Below are positions 1 through 9,984 of a stretch of 64,000 bases of DNA, in pieces. The stretch's first letter is position 1; the number at the start of each line of letters is the position of its first letter. Made by a program: the position numbers and the translations under genes. Below the pieces are notes generated by a model that was not told the DNA's origin, ran no database searches, and saw only the letters and a list, made by a program, of their open reading frames with translations. The stretch comes from Spirochaetia bacterium (lineage in GTDB: Bacteria > Spirochaetota > Spirochaetia > UBA9216), in the NCBI GenBank assembly GCA_963677925.2, contig CAXXYH010000003.1, forward strand, positions 928,001 to 992,000. Direction: 5' to 3'.

Positions 1-1477
1 ATTCCGCTGCAGAATTGTATTTTTCCACCGTTTCGATAAATGCATCAGGCTGTATCCCGGCTTTTACCGCAAGGTCTTCCAGGCTGTCCGACTTATAGAC
101 ATATCCCAGCTTTACCGCTTCTTCAAGATATTCAATCATGGAATTATTTCCATCGGTTATTCCGAATGAAACCGCCCCCGGCTGTGAAACAAGATGAGAA
201 GGACTGTATGAGTAGTGCTCTGTCTCTGCAGCGAAACGAACCCCGTTTTTATTGACAAGAGGTCCGACTACCCAAACCAGAAGCCCCATGGGACCCTGAT
301 AACCGAATCTGCCGTTCAAGCCTCTGGCTCCGCCGATACCGTAGCCTACAGTCTGAGCACCCAGTTCTTTAGCCATTATAATACCGTCTCCGGTACTTCC
401 GGCACCGGTAAATGGAATCATATCTGCATATTCTGCGGCGAGTTCCTCTACCAGGCCCTTGTTCTGCTGAAAACCGCCTGTTGCAAGGACAACCTTATCA
501 GCTTTGATTTCATACACCTCACCCGGTGTTTCAACGACAACACCGGTTACCTCGTTTCCGTTGCTAATAAGTTTTGTTACATTTGAATCAAGACGAAGTT
601 CCACTCCGTTCTTTTCCGCTGTCTTCAGCAGAAAATCAACAAGTGTTCTGCCGGCACCAGATTCCCAGGGTGTATCATAGAAGGATGATACCCAGGAAAC
701 AGGCATTTCGTTGAGGTTGTCTCCAAAAGTAAATCGAGTCAAATCCCATGGGGCACCTTTTTCAACGTAGTCAGTAAATACATCACCGGAGACTTCTGCG
801 ATCTTTCGAATCAGTTTATCGTTTAGCGTGCCTGCTTCCGCACCGGTTGTAGCATACATATGCTTTACAAGTTCATCAGGAGTATAGTCATACCCGGACA
901 TTTTATTGAAATCTGTTCCGCCTGTGACCCATACACCTCCTGATGAATGCGCGCTGGTTCCTCCGAAATAACCGAGCTTTTCAAGTACTACAACATTCTC
1001 TATTCCCGCTTCGGTCAGCTGTATAGCTGTAGACAGCCCTGCCGCACCTGAGCCGACAACAACGACTGTCTTTTCTTCGGATCTTCCGGTTGATTTCTCA
1101 ATCACGGTTTTTGTTTTAAACTTTGAAACATCAGCACCGGCCTGTTTCAAACAATTTTCTACTCCCTTCTTGAGACTTCCGCTTGAAACAGACGCTCCTG
1201 TAATGGAATCAACTCCGATACTCTGTTTTTCAATAATTTCAGGGATCAAACGTTTTATAACGGCTGTTATGATCTGTTCAGTGTCTACAGATTCAACATT
1301 GATGCCCGTAATAGTGGTTTCATCTACAGTTACATGAACAACCATATTACCTTTCTGCGAAACTTCGGTTGAGCTGTAGGTACCGGGGTTCATGCTGACT
1401 GAATTCTTTGGTTTACCGCATGAACTGATTCCTATCAACAGACTCAGGACCATGATAATTGAAAATAGTTTCTTCAT
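1..1477 (-). CDS. Flavinylated extracytoplasmic FAD-dependent oxidoreductase lipoprotein (FMN-binding domain + fumarate/urocanate reductase-like flavoprotein); 3' end runs off the window
   Basis: Not in the ORF track. Manual translation from ATG 1477 (SD GAGGAG upstream): MKKLFSIIMVLSLLIGISSC lipobox; DSITGAS flavinylation motif; VVVGSGAAGLSTA dinucleotide-binding motif; VLEKLGYFGGTSAHSSGG. Confidence 0.85.
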   Translation of the reverse strand, partial: MKKLFSIIMVLSLLIGISSCGKPKNSVSMNPGTYSSTEVSQKGNMVVHVTVDETTITGINVESVDTEQIITAVIKRLIPEIIEKQSIGVDSITGASVSSGSLKKGVENCLKQAGADVSKFKTKTVIEKSTGRSEEKTVVVVGSGAAGLSTAIQLTEAGIENVVVLEKLGYFGGTSAHSSGGVWVTGGTDFNKMSGYDYTPDELVKHMYATTGAEAGTLNDKLIRKIAEVSGDVFTDYVEKGAPWDLTRFTFGDNLNEMPVSWVSSFYDTPWESGAGRTLVDFLLKTAEKNGVELRLDSNVTKLISNGNEVTGVVVETPGEVYEIKADKVVLATGGFQQNKGLVEELAAEYADMIPFTGAGSTGDGIIMAKELGAQTVGYGIGGARGLNGRFGYQGPMGLLVWVVGPLVNKNGVRFAAETEHYSYSPSHLVSQPGAVSFGITDGNNSMIEYLEEAVKLGYVYKSDSLEDLAVKAGIQPDAFIETVEKYNSAAE

Positions 1478-1562
1478 CAGGATACTCCTCTCTTTTTTGT
1501 GTGATTTAATCATTATTATTTTATCTAAATATTGTCAATACAGTTTTGTTTTATATACGTTC

Positions 1563-1576
1563 TAGAATGCGTTCTA
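1563..1576. promoter_or_regulatory. Candidate TetR operator (TAGAATGCGTTCTA, near-perfect palindrome)
   Basis: 14-bp palindrome with one mismatch between the divergent reductase and TetR genes; an extra CGTTCTA half-site lies immediately upstream. Confidence 0.55.
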
Positions 1577-1588
1577 TTTTACAATTAA

Positions 1589-1617
1589 TTGACTTTTATT
1601 CCTTTATTGAGTACAGT
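1589..1617 (+). promoter_or_regulatory. Sigma70-type promoter of tetR
   Basis: TTGACT-N17-TACAGT. Confidence 0.55.
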
Positions 1618-1641
1618 GCAGTAAAACAAGATGGGTTGAAT

Positions 1642-2271
1642 ATGAAATCAAAAGAAAGTCCAGTTTCCGTTCCGCGTTCGGTCAAAAGAGAACAGATTAA
1701 AGAGCATATATACAAGGTGGCAATGCAGCTGCTTAAAGAATACGGATATGAATATATAACTGTAAAAAACATCTGTACAATGGCTGATGTTTCAACGGGA
1801 AGTTTCTATCATTATTTCAAAAGCAAGGACGATTTAATTTCCAACTTCTTTCTGGAGGCATATGCAAAATTCAGTCAGGAAGGAAAACTCAAACCTGGTG
1901 AAGATACTATAGAAAATATTTTGCAGTTCTTTTTTCTGTATTCCGATTTCTGCCAGGAACAGGGCCTGGATTTTATCCGTAACTTCTATACTCCTTTCAA
2001 CAGAAGCATGGATATGAATCCCGCCCCGAAAGCCGGAGGGAAATGCAGGCTACCCTCACTTCTTGAAACTGAAAGATATATTACGGAAGCCCAGGAAAAG
2101 GGAGTGCTGAGCGACAGGATATCCGCAGGACAGCTGGCCGATGATCTATGTACAATCGAAAAAGGATGTATCTATGAATGGTGCGTCACAAACGGCGAAT
2201 TCAGAATTCGGGACCTCGTTGAAAGGCTATTAAGAAATTATCTGTCTTCATACATCATACAAAAAACATAG
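1642..2271 (+). CDS. TetR/AcrR family transcriptional regulator
   Basis: N-terminal HTH (ITVKNICTMADVSTGSFYHYFKSKDDL); start moved to ATG 1642, downstream of the predicted promoter. Confidence 0.9.
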   Translation: MKSKESPVSVPRSVKREQIKEHIYKVAMQLLKEYGYEYITVKNICTMADVSTGSFYHYFKSKDDLISNFFLEAYAKFSQEGKLKPGEDTIENILQFFFLYSDFCQEQGLDFIRNFYTPFNRSMDMNPAPKAGGKCRLPSLLETERYITEAQEKGVLSDRISAGQLADDLCTIEKGCIYEWCVTNGEFRIRDLVERLLRNYLSSYIIQKT

Positions 2272-2350
2272 CGGAGTTTAATTCAAACCATAGCTTGGTC
2301 TGATTATCCTTGAAAACGCAGGGTTAAGGTTGTATAGTTTTTAATGACAG

Positions 2351-3307
2351 ATGGAAAAGTTAGTAAGCAGCTTAAGCTTTAATATTACCGATCCCGGTAT
2401 TACCGAAATACTCAATAATCTCAATGGGCAGAAAGGTGTTTACACGAATCATTTCAATCAGAATGAAGAAGCTTTTCTAAAAACAGAAGAAGAATTCACT
2501 GTTCCGGCATTTAAAATCCATCATGATCCTGGAGAGCCGGATCCGGGCAGAGAATACATAGAAGCACTCAGGGGGCTGGTTAGTACTCTGTCGGAAATCT
2601 TTCCACAGGTATTTAAGGGAACTTCATACTATTTTGACCCGGCAGAGATCCTGAGGCCCTGTTTTATTCAGCTTATACAAGCAGAGAAGAAATACTATCT
2701 GTACCTTTTCCGACCCGATCTAAACATCCATTATTCTGATGCAGAAATTACAGTTCCGGGAACTAATGATAAAACAGAGGCATACTCAACCCGGAAGCTC
2801 TTTTTCGAAAGTCTCATTATTCCTGTAGAAAAACCCGAAACAGAGCCAGGCTTCGATACAATAAATATTAAACGTATGTTCCGCTCCACATGGGCCGGTG
2901 AATCAAAAAAAGGCTATGATAAAAGCGGACAATGGATTGACCACGAAGTAACAAAGCTGCTGAGTTCCGTGCTCATGCCTGAGGGCAAACGAATATATCC
3001 GTACTATCCCATCCGCTGCGACTTTAATACTGTCTGCCTGTCCCCGCCTGAACTGTCTCCTGAAGGACGTAAAAAGCTTCTTCCGCTTTTCATCCGGTTC
3101 TCGGACCTGATAGCACCCGATACCCTTCAGATTGAACAGTATTTTAAAATAAATAATTTCGAGAAGGACTCGGACATCTATAAATCAATCAGAAGCAAGG
3201 TACCCGAAGAATGGACAAAGATTTGGACTTCGCATACAATCAGTCCGTATCTGAATGAATCGGATATGAAGGAGTACCTTTTTGAAGTCGGAAAACCGGG
3301 AATTTAA
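2351..3307 (+). CDS. Hypothetical protein upstream of murD
   Basis: 318-aa ORF; promoter TTGAAA-N17-TATAGT at 2310-2338; overlaps the murD start. Confidence 0.75.
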   Translation: MEKLVSSLSFNITDPGITEILNNLNGQKGVYTNHFNQNEEAFLKTEEEFTVPAFKIHHDPGEPDPGREYIEALRGLVSTLSEIFPQVFKGTSYYFDPAEILRPCFIQLIQAEKKYYLYLFRPDLNIHYSDAEITVPGTNDKTEAYSTRKLFFESLIIPVEKPETEPGFDTINIKRMFRSTWAGESKKGYDKSGQWIDHEVTKLLSSVLMPEGKRIYPYYPIRCDFNTVCLSPPELSPEGRKKLLPLFIRFSDLIAPDTLQIEQYFKINNFEKDSDIYKSIRSKVPEEWTKIWTSHTISPYLNESDMKEYLFEVGKPGI

Positions 3308-4706
3308 CTACAGCATCAACGGTAAAAATCTGAAAGATCTTAAAGTAACAGTCATGGGGCTTGGGCTGCACGGCGGAGGCAGTTCTTCTGCACGTTTTTT
3401 TGCCTCACACGGAGCTTCGGTTACCGTAACAGATCTGAGGGATGCTGAAACGCTGAAGAAATCCATCGAAGATTTATCCGGTTTTGACATCAGGTATATC
3501 CTTGGCAAACATGATATTGAAGATTTTGAAAATGCTGATATTGTCATCAAAAACCCGGCAGTCAGGCCTGATTCACCCTATCTAAAGGCCGCAAAGCAGC
3601 TTGAAACCGATATATCGGTATTTCTAAGGTTCAACAGAAGGCCGGTCATTGCAGTAACAGGCAGCAAGGGGAAATCAACAACAGTTTCGGCAATTAACCA
3701 CGTGATGAAAATGGTTTATTCCGATACAGTTCTGGGCGGAAATATCACGGTCTCCCCCCTCACCTTTATTGACGCATGCACATCGGAATCAGAGGCTCCG
3801 GTCATTCTTGAACTTTCCTCATGGCAGCTGGCTGATCTGCGGGGAATGGGGCTTTTAAAACCGAAGGTATCATTAATCACCAATATCATGCATGACCATC
3901 AGGACAGATATTCCTCAATGGATGAATATGCCGATGACAAGGCTGTTGTATTTGAAGCACAGACAGTGAAAGAGTCTGCTGTTTTCAACCTTGACTGTCC
4001 GTATACAGAGAGATTTTTTAACGGCTGCAATGCAGCACCTTCATTTTTTACCGCAGAGTATTCTGAAAATCTGCCTGAAAACTATACCGGCGCCTTTCTT
4101 GAAAATGACGGCGGATACTTTGTCAATGAGGAGGGTGAATCTGTAAAGATACTGAATAATGAGAACACCCTCCCCGGCAAACACAACCGTCTCAATCTGC
4201 TTGCTGCCGGAGAAGTCTGCCTGCTGTTCGGACTAGAGCCTGAAACTATAAGAACCGGACTCTCGGAGTTTCCGGGAATTAGGCACCGGCTTGAGTTTGT
4301 TAGAAACTTTGATAATATAAGATGGTATAACGATTCAGCTGCAACAATTCCTGAGGCAGCCCTCGCTGCAGCCGGAAGCTTCAACAAGAGAGTTTTCCTG
4401 ATTGCCGGAGGCGCCGATAAAAACCTTGATTTCACCCCGCTTGCAGAAGCCGCAGCAGGAGCCGAAGCTGTCAGTCTGCTTTCCGGCACAGCCGATGAAA
4501 AGATAACCAGTCTGTTAAACTCAAGAGGAATAAGCTATGGCGGCCCGTTTAAAAGTCTTGAAGAGGCGGTGGGGTATGTAAGAAAACAGGCAGCCGGAAG
4601 GCATCGGCAGATTGCCGTGCTCTCACCGGGCTGTGCGTCATTCGGTATGTTTAAAAATGAATTCGATCGGGGCGATCGCTTCAGAGAGTTGATAAACAGC
4701 CTGTAA
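3282..4706 (+). CDS. murD: UDP-N-acetylmuramoyl-L-alanine--D-glutamate ligase
   Basis: VMGLGLHGGG, AVTGSKGKSTT P-loop, LELSSWQL, HRLE, NDSAAT, LSPGCASFGMFKNEFDRG; SD AAGGAG 7 nt before TTG. Confidence 0.95.
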   Translation: MKSENREFNYSINGKNLKDLKVTVMGLGLHGGGSSSARFFASHGASVTVTDLRDAETLKKSIEDLSGFDIRYILGKHDIEDFENADIVIKNPAVRPDSPYLKAAKQLETDISVFLRFNRRPVIAVTGSKGKSTTVSAINHVMKMVYSDTVLGGNITVSPLTFIDACTSESEAPVILELSSWQLADLRGMGLLKPKVSLITNIMHDHQDRYSSMDEYADDKAVVFEAQTVKESAVFNLDCPYTERFFNGCNAAPSFFTAEYSENLPENYTGAFLENDGGYFVNEEGESVKILNNENTLPGKHNRLNLLAAGEVCLLFGLEPETIRTGLSEFPGIRHRLEFVRNFDNIRWYNDSAATIPEAALAAAGSFNKRVFLIAGGADKNLDFTPLAEAAAGAEAVSLLSGTADEKITSLLNSRGISYGGPFKSLEEAVGYVRKQAAGRHRQIAVLSPGCASFGMFKNEFDRGDRFRELINSL

Positions 4707-4708
4707 TT

Positions 4709-5173
4709 TTAAACTACCGCAACCTTGATTACTATTTTTCGAACATCCTCAGCCCCCGTATCAGGATGACAGCAGGGCTTGTGGGCATCCTGAGGGAAAA
4801 GGATTGCAAAGCGCGTATTTGAAAGCGGAAGCATAATCTGATGAAGATCATCCTCTTCAAAGAAGCCTATATCTGATTCTGTATTAAACTCGCCTGCCGG
4901 AATAAGCCCCTTCAGCGGCCTGTAACCGCAGAGCTCGTTTCCGAATCCAAGCAGCTGTATATCGATATATTTTACGTGAGCTTCGTATTTTATCTCTGAA
5001 GGATTTTTTGTGCTGTAATCGGAAACCTGAACCCGCAGATCATCGCCTTCAATCCTGTGAATGCCGGGTTCATATTTAAAAACATCACCCGATGAAATGA
5101 TCTGCAGAGCCCTGTCAATCAGAGGGCTCAGACCCGTATAGCTGCTGATGTTATCAACTGTATCGTAAATCAT
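4709..5173 (-). CDS. YhcH/YjgK/YiaL family protein
   Basis: EAHVKYIDIQ and FAILFPQDAHKP motifs; translationally coupled to the upstream epimerase. Confidence 0.9.
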   Translation of the reverse strand: MIYDTVDNISSYTGLSPLIDRALQIISSGDVFKYEPGIHRIEGDDLRVQVSDYSTKNPSEIKYEAHVKYIDIQLLGFGNELCGYRPLKGLIPAGEFNTESDIGFFEEDDLHQIMLPLSNTRFAILFPQDAHKPCCHPDTGAEDVRKIVIKVAVV

Positions 5174-6036
5174 TATTTATGCTTCCTGTATCGTTTCCAG
5201 CCGTTCTCAAGCGCTGTCCTTAAATACTCGTTATTACTGCAGATTATCTCTTTCCAGTTTTCTTCACCGGTATACCAGAACTCGCCCACAAACATACGCG
5301 AACCCAGACTAAGCGATACTTCACAGGCCTTATCAAAGTCTACATGGCCAGTACCGAAGGGCATCTCGCGGAATACTCCTGGTACGGTCTCTTTAAGATG
5401 TACCGCACTGATATGGCCTCTTCCTGTTTTAAGATCCTCAGCAAAATCAGTTCCATAGGAAACAGCTGCATTGGTTATATTTCCAATATCAGGATATATC
5501 TGAAGGTAAGGAGAGTCAATCTGCTTAACCCACGCAGCAGCCTTTTCAACAGTGTTGATAAACTCGGTTTCCATAGTTTCAAAGGCCAGAGTGACACCTT
5601 TCCGTGCTGCAAGCTCTACTGAGGCAGCGAGATTTTTCCCGAAGTTTTCCCTGCTCTCCTCTGTTGAATCTTCGTAATAAACATCATATCCGGCAATCTG
5701 GATTATTCTAATTCCGATATCAGCAGCCAGATCAACTGCATCAGCCATAATCTCAAGACTGCGCTTCTGAACAGCGGCATCAGGGTGGCCAAGGGGATAT
5801 TTACGGTGACCGCTAAGGCAGATGGAATAGACTGGAACACCGGTTTTTTCGATTGAATTACGCAGGGCATTCCGCTGATCAATTGTCCACTTCAGCCTTC
5901 CCAGCTTCTCATCAGTTTCATCTATCGAAAGTTCCATATAATCAAAACCGCATTCACCGGCTATTGATAGTTTTTCTTCAAGCGTCAGAAAACCGGGCAT
6001 GCTTTTTTCATACAGCCCAAGTATATACTCACTCAT
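5173..6036 (-). CDS. ulaE: L-ribulose-5-phosphate 3-epimerase (UlaE/SgbU family)
   Basis: GLYEK, ELSIDETDEKL, SICLSGHRKYPLG, IQIAGYDVYYE, ETMET, YPDIGN, VHLKET. Confidence 0.9.
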   Translation of the reverse strand: MSEYILGLYEKSMPGFLTLEEKLSIAGECGFDYMELSIDETDEKLGRLKWTIDQRNALRNSIEKTGVPVYSICLSGHRKYPLGHPDAAVQKRSLEIMADAVDLAADIGIRIIQIAGYDVYYEDSTEESRENFGKNLAASVELAARKGVTLAFETMETEFINTVEKAAAWVKQIDSPYLQIYPDIGNITNAAVSYGTDFAEDLKTGRGHISAVHLKETVPGVFREMPFGTGHVDFDKACEVSLSLGSRMFVGEFWYTGEENWKEIICSNNEYLRTALENGWKRYRKHK

Positions 6037-6073
6037 TTTTACGCAGTACTCCTATTTATTATGTATGATAATT

Positions 6074-7585
6074 CTATATCTGAAACCTGTCCCAGACAGT
6101 ATCAAGGGCTTCAACAACTGCCCTGTATTTTTCATATTTCAATCTGTATATTTCAGTTCTTTCCGAATCCGGAAGGACCGGGGCATTCACCTTGACCATA
6201 GAGGCTGCAGCCTCCTGGTAGTCACTGAATGCACCGCCGGCAACCGCTGCGGCCATCGCAGCACCCATAGCTCCAAGTTCTGAAACACCGGAGACTGTTT
6301 CAACCGGAAGGCCAAGAACATCAGCAAAAATCTGAACCCACAGGGATGAATTAGCCGCTCCTCCCGCAAGTCTTACCGCCTCAGGAGCCTTCCTTACTGA
6401 AAGAAGTTTATCGATATGCATTTTATGAGAAAACGCTACACCCTCAAACACTGCCCGGAACATGTGTGCCCGGCTGTGGTAAGTGGTAAGGCCTATAAAG
6501 CTTCCCTTGGCCATAGGATGGGCATTTGAACCGTAGAGAAACGGAAGATAGTAAACCTGGGTATCGGCAGCCTCGGTTGATGCCACAAGATCATTGATAT
6601 ATTTGTATTTTGATACACCTTCGGGTATTTCCGATTTATCAAGAATATTGTCTATTATCCATTCAAGATTCCCTGCACTTGTAGGGCTGCATTCTTCAAG
6701 AAGATAATAGCCAGGAATGGCAAAAAGCGAATTCATTGCTATGCTTGTACCGGTTATGGGTTCAGGGTTTATAAACTCATTTACACTCCAGGTTCCTGTG
6801 ATCGTGCATAACTGCTCGGGGCTTGTAATATCCATTGCAACAGCACAGCCGTCAATATCAAACATTCCGCCGGCAACGGGAGTTCCGGCTTTAAGTCCTG
6901 TCAGACCGGAGGCTTCTTCAGTTATATTACCGCAGTTATCAGAGGAATATTTTAAGGGAGCAAGTCTGCTGTAGATCTCCGGAATACCGAGAACCTCAAG
7001 CATCTCAGCATCAAAACCGGCACTCTGCAGGTTCATAAGGCCCGAACTGGAAATATCGGTGGCTTCGGACCAGGCTTCGCCTGTAAGACGGAATCGAATG
7101 TAATCCTTTACCGAGAAAACCCACATTATATTGCTGTAGATATCAGGTTCATGATCTTTAAGCCAGGCAAGAAGCGACACCTGCTGGCAGGCTACAAGCT
7201 GCTGGCAGAGTTTCGGGTACAATTTGTCAAAGGTTCCGTCAGCCTTCCATCTTTGCGGATATTCCCAGGCCCGGTTATCTGTGGAGACGATACCGTTGAA
7301 AGCAGGTTTTCCGTCCTTTCCCCAGAGATAGAGACCCTTTCCATGCCCGCATACAGCTATCCCGCTTACAGAATCTGGTGATACTGATGATTTTGATATT
7401 ACGTCTTTCACGCACTCACAGTTTTTCAGCCAGAGTTCTTCCATGTCGCGTTCAGTGTATCCGGGTTTAGGTGTGATAACAGGAGTCTGTCTTGATGCAA
7501 CCGCAATCTGGCTGCCGGAAAGATCAAATAACGCAGCCTTTATTACAGTGCCGCCGTTGTCCAGTCCAATTACATATTTACCCAT
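6074..7585 (-). CDS. lyx: FGGY carbohydrate kinase, L-xylulose/3-keto-L-gulonate kinase-like
   Basis: IGLDNGGTVIKA, GHGKGLYL, GIVSTDNRA, GGMFDI, GTWSVN; adjacent to ulaE and yiaL-like genes. Confidence 0.85.
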   Translation of the reverse strand: MGKYVIGLDNGGTVIKAALFDLSGSQIAVASRQTPVITPKPGYTERDMEELWLKNCECVKDVISKSSVSPDSVSGIAVCGHGKGLYLWGKDGKPAFNGIVSTDNRAWEYPQRWKADGTFDKLYPKLCQQLVACQQVSLLAWLKDHEPDIYSNIMWVFSVKDYIRFRLTGEAWSEATDISSSGLMNLQSAGFDAEMLEVLGIPEIYSRLAPLKYSSDNCGNITEEASGLTGLKAGTPVAGGMFDIDGCAVAMDITSPEQLCTITGTWSVNEFINPEPITGTSIAMNSLFAIPGYYLLEECSPTSAGNLEWIIDNILDKSEIPEGVSKYKYINDLVASTEAADTQVYYLPFLYGSNAHPMAKGSFIGLTTYHSRAHMFRAVFEGVAFSHKMHIDKLLSVRKAPEAVRLAGGAANSSLWVQIFADVLGLPVETVSGVSELGAMGAAMAAAVAGGAFSDYQEAAASMVKVNAPVLPDSERTEIYRLKYEKYRAVVEALDTVWDRFQI

Positions 7586-7664
7586 GCAGGAACTTTATCA
7601 TATTAATCAGCGTTCAGGCAGTAAAAATAATCGGAATAGTCAAAAAGTTCAGAACAATCGGGCT

Positions 7665-8888
7665 TTAACCGATATTTTTTACAGCGGCATATCTGGCTAT
7701 CACAGCCTGTACGGCAAACCCGGCTATGGCAAGAGCCATGAAGCTTATAAATGCGGTATATATAGAATGATACTGGTAAAGATAGCCTCCCCCGACAGAG
7801 CCTGCAATTACTCCGAGGGTAAGAAAACTCTCATGAAGAGCCATTCTTTTACCGCGATTGTCGGCTCCTACTGAACCGTGAAAAATACTGTTTGAATATG
7901 CAAGCGAGAAAAGAAAACCGAATACCGACAGCAGTATATAAAAACCCGCCATAAATCTGTTTACAAAAAGAATAATCATTACGGCAGCTATTGCTACCTG
8001 TGTAAGCATTATTAATTTACTGCTGAAATGCCATTTGTCGGTTTTTCCCAGAAGAATAAAACCTGCTGCAGTGACGGCTCCCCGGATAAAAAGAAGATTT
8101 CCGGCTACACTCTCTCCATACCCCAGGCTATCGCGAATAAACAGCGGGAAGATATTATTGAAAAGGCCGAGGACCGCATATGAACAGAAAACTCCAATCC
8201 AGCCGGCGTAACGCAGTATAGTCCCCCTGCCGTCATTTATTCTTTCAATTTCCGGTTCTGTCTGCTCAACAGCCTGCGGTTCATGAGCTTCAGGAGCCAG
8301 CGCAGCGGCAATCCGCTTCCTGCCCGGGGCTTTCATATCCTCTATAAATACAAGCCCGGCTATAACCGAAGCCACAATTAAGCCCAGAAATACGAGGTCC
8401 ATATAAAAAGCAAGCGAAAGCTGGTGCTCAACTGCAAAACCTCCAACAAGCGGTCCGGTTAAGGCCCCTGTTGACCAGCTTATATTGAACCTTGCTACAG
8501 CCTTTCCCAGGTTCCTGTTATCAAGTCCGGTAGAAAACCAGCCCATAAGCTGAGGCCAGAAAAGAGCCGGTGCAGTAGCAAAAATCAGATACAGGGCTAA
8601 AGCAGCTGCGGCTGACTCTACACGGATCAGCATTGCTATTGACCCAAGCATCAGAAATACAGAACCGAGCATTGAAAGCGCCGGATTGATCTTATCCTGA
8701 ACACGCGTCAACAGCATGCAGCCGGCTGTATAACCTGCAGAACCGACAGCAAAATACCAGCCGATCACCGAGGCATTAAGTCCAAGCGAATCTTTGAGCA
8801 GAAAAATCAGCGAAAAATTGATCAAAGAAAGATTTATGTTCATCAGAAATGCCGCTGGAAACAGCACTGCAGTCTTTTTGAGTTTCAT
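7665..8888 (-). CDS. MFS transporter
   Basis: About 12 hydrophobic helices in two halves with a central hydrophilic loop. Confidence 0.85.
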   Translation of the reverse strand: MKLKKTAVLFPAAFLMNINLSLINFSLIFLLKDSLGLNASVIGWYFAVGSAGYTAGCMLLTRVQDKINPALSMLGSVFLMLGSIAMLIRVESAAAALALYLIFATAPALFWPQLMGWFSTGLDNRNLGKAVARFNISWSTGALTGPLVGGFAVEHQLSLAFYMDLVFLGLIVASVIAGLVFIEDMKAPGRKRIAAALAPEAHEPQAVEQTEPEIERINDGRGTILRYAGWIGVFCSYAVLGLFNNIFPLFIRDSLGYGESVAGNLLFIRGAVTAAGFILLGKTDKWHFSSKLIMLTQVAIAAVMIILFVNRFMAGFYILLSVFGFLFSLAYSNSIFHGSVGADNRGKRMALHESFLTLGVIAGSVGGGYLYQYHSIYTAFISFMALAIAGFAVQAVIARYAAVKNIG

Positions 8889-8889
8889 T

Positions 8890-9975
8890 TTATCTGCCTA
8901 TTTTTTTAAGACGTCTGTAATAGAGATTTCTAAGTTTTTCCGCGGCACGGTAGGCTGTGTACACGCTTCTGCTAAAAGGATAGTCCCAGCTTCCCGGCCT
9001 GTGTAGAATTTCACCGCCGAATCCAGTTTTAAACCGGTACAGACCATACATCGGATGGTTCGGATCATTGAACGGAGGAATTCCGAAAAGATCATAGCTT
9101 CCGCATCCTGCGGCAACAGCCTGCTGAATGGCCTCCCACTGAAGGGCGTATGCCGGCATGTAGTTACGCTTTTCATTCGATGAGGCTCCATAGAGATAAA
9201 CTGCACGGCGGTCTTCGGGAGGACCCTGAAAACTGATAACAATGCCGGCTTCAACCCTGTCGTCAATTACGGCCTCAAGCAGCCGAAGTTCCGGAGCCCG
9301 TCCTGAAGCAGCACCTTCTGCGGACATTTTAAAAAATGTTTCATAGTATTCATAGTTATGCAGCGCAATCTTATCGCGCTCGGATGTAACCCTGTAAATC
9401 TCATACCACTTTGGCAGAGCTTCAATCCCGGAAGTACGGATTTCAACACCCTTCTTTGCAGCCAGCCTGATGTTATACCTGGTTTTTGATTTCATTCCCT
9501 TCATAACAGCATCTGAACCTTCCTTGAGATCCAGGATGACAGTGCTTACAGGCTGAATATCCATACTTGCATGAGTAAAGGCTGCTGAAGGTTTAAGCTT
9601 ATCACCCGGGTATTCACCTGCTCCTTCACCAAGAGAAGGAAGCCTCATACCCCAGGGCGGATCAAAACGCAGAAAGATACAGCCCGGAGGAAGAAGGGGT
9701 TTAAGTATTCGAGCGAGGGCTGCTGTGTATTTCCAGTATTCATCAAGAGAAGCCCCGGCGGTTGATGGTAAATCAGGGCCGCCCGGAACATAGGCCAGAC
9801 TTCTTCCCGCCCCAAGAGTTCTGCAGAGAACAAGAAGCGGTCGGCCGTCGGCTATGAAATACAGGGGAGACCATCCGAATCTGGATTTAAGCTCTCCCCA
9901 GAACCCGGTCTGCAGAAGATTTCCGTGCCGGTTTATATCATCTGAATTTACTTTTTCAAGTTTAATATCGGGCAT
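8890..9975 (-). CDS. FemABX-family tRNA-dependent peptidoglycan aminoacyltransferase (lipid II:glycine glycyltransferase-like)
   Basis: LLQTGFWGELK, MKSKTRYNIRLAAKKGV, YLYGASS, YDLFGI, GLYRFKTGFGG. Confidence 0.9.
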   Translation of the reverse strand: MPDIKLEKVNSDDINRHGNLLQTGFWGELKSRFGWSPLYFIADGRPLLVLCRTLGAGRSLAYVPGGPDLPSTAGASLDEYWKYTAALARILKPLLPPGCIFLRFDPPWGMRLPSLGEGAGEYPGDKLKPSAAFTHASMDIQPVSTVILDLKEGSDAVMKGMKSKTRYNIRLAAKKGVEIRTSGIEALPKWYEIYRVTSERDKIALHNYEYYETFFKMSAEGAASGRAPELRLLEAVIDDRVEAGIVISFQGPPEDRRAVYLYGASSNEKRNYMPAYALQWEAIQQAVAAGCGSYDLFGIPPFNDPNHPMYGLYRFKTGFGGEILHRPGSWDYPFSRSVYTAYRAAEKLRNLYYRRLKKIGR

Positions 9976-9984
9976 CTGATAAAA

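Noticed and set aside
40-586. Plus-strand ORFs 40-255 and 215-586
   Set aside because: Antisense shadows of the minus-strand flavoprotein gene that the ORF track missed
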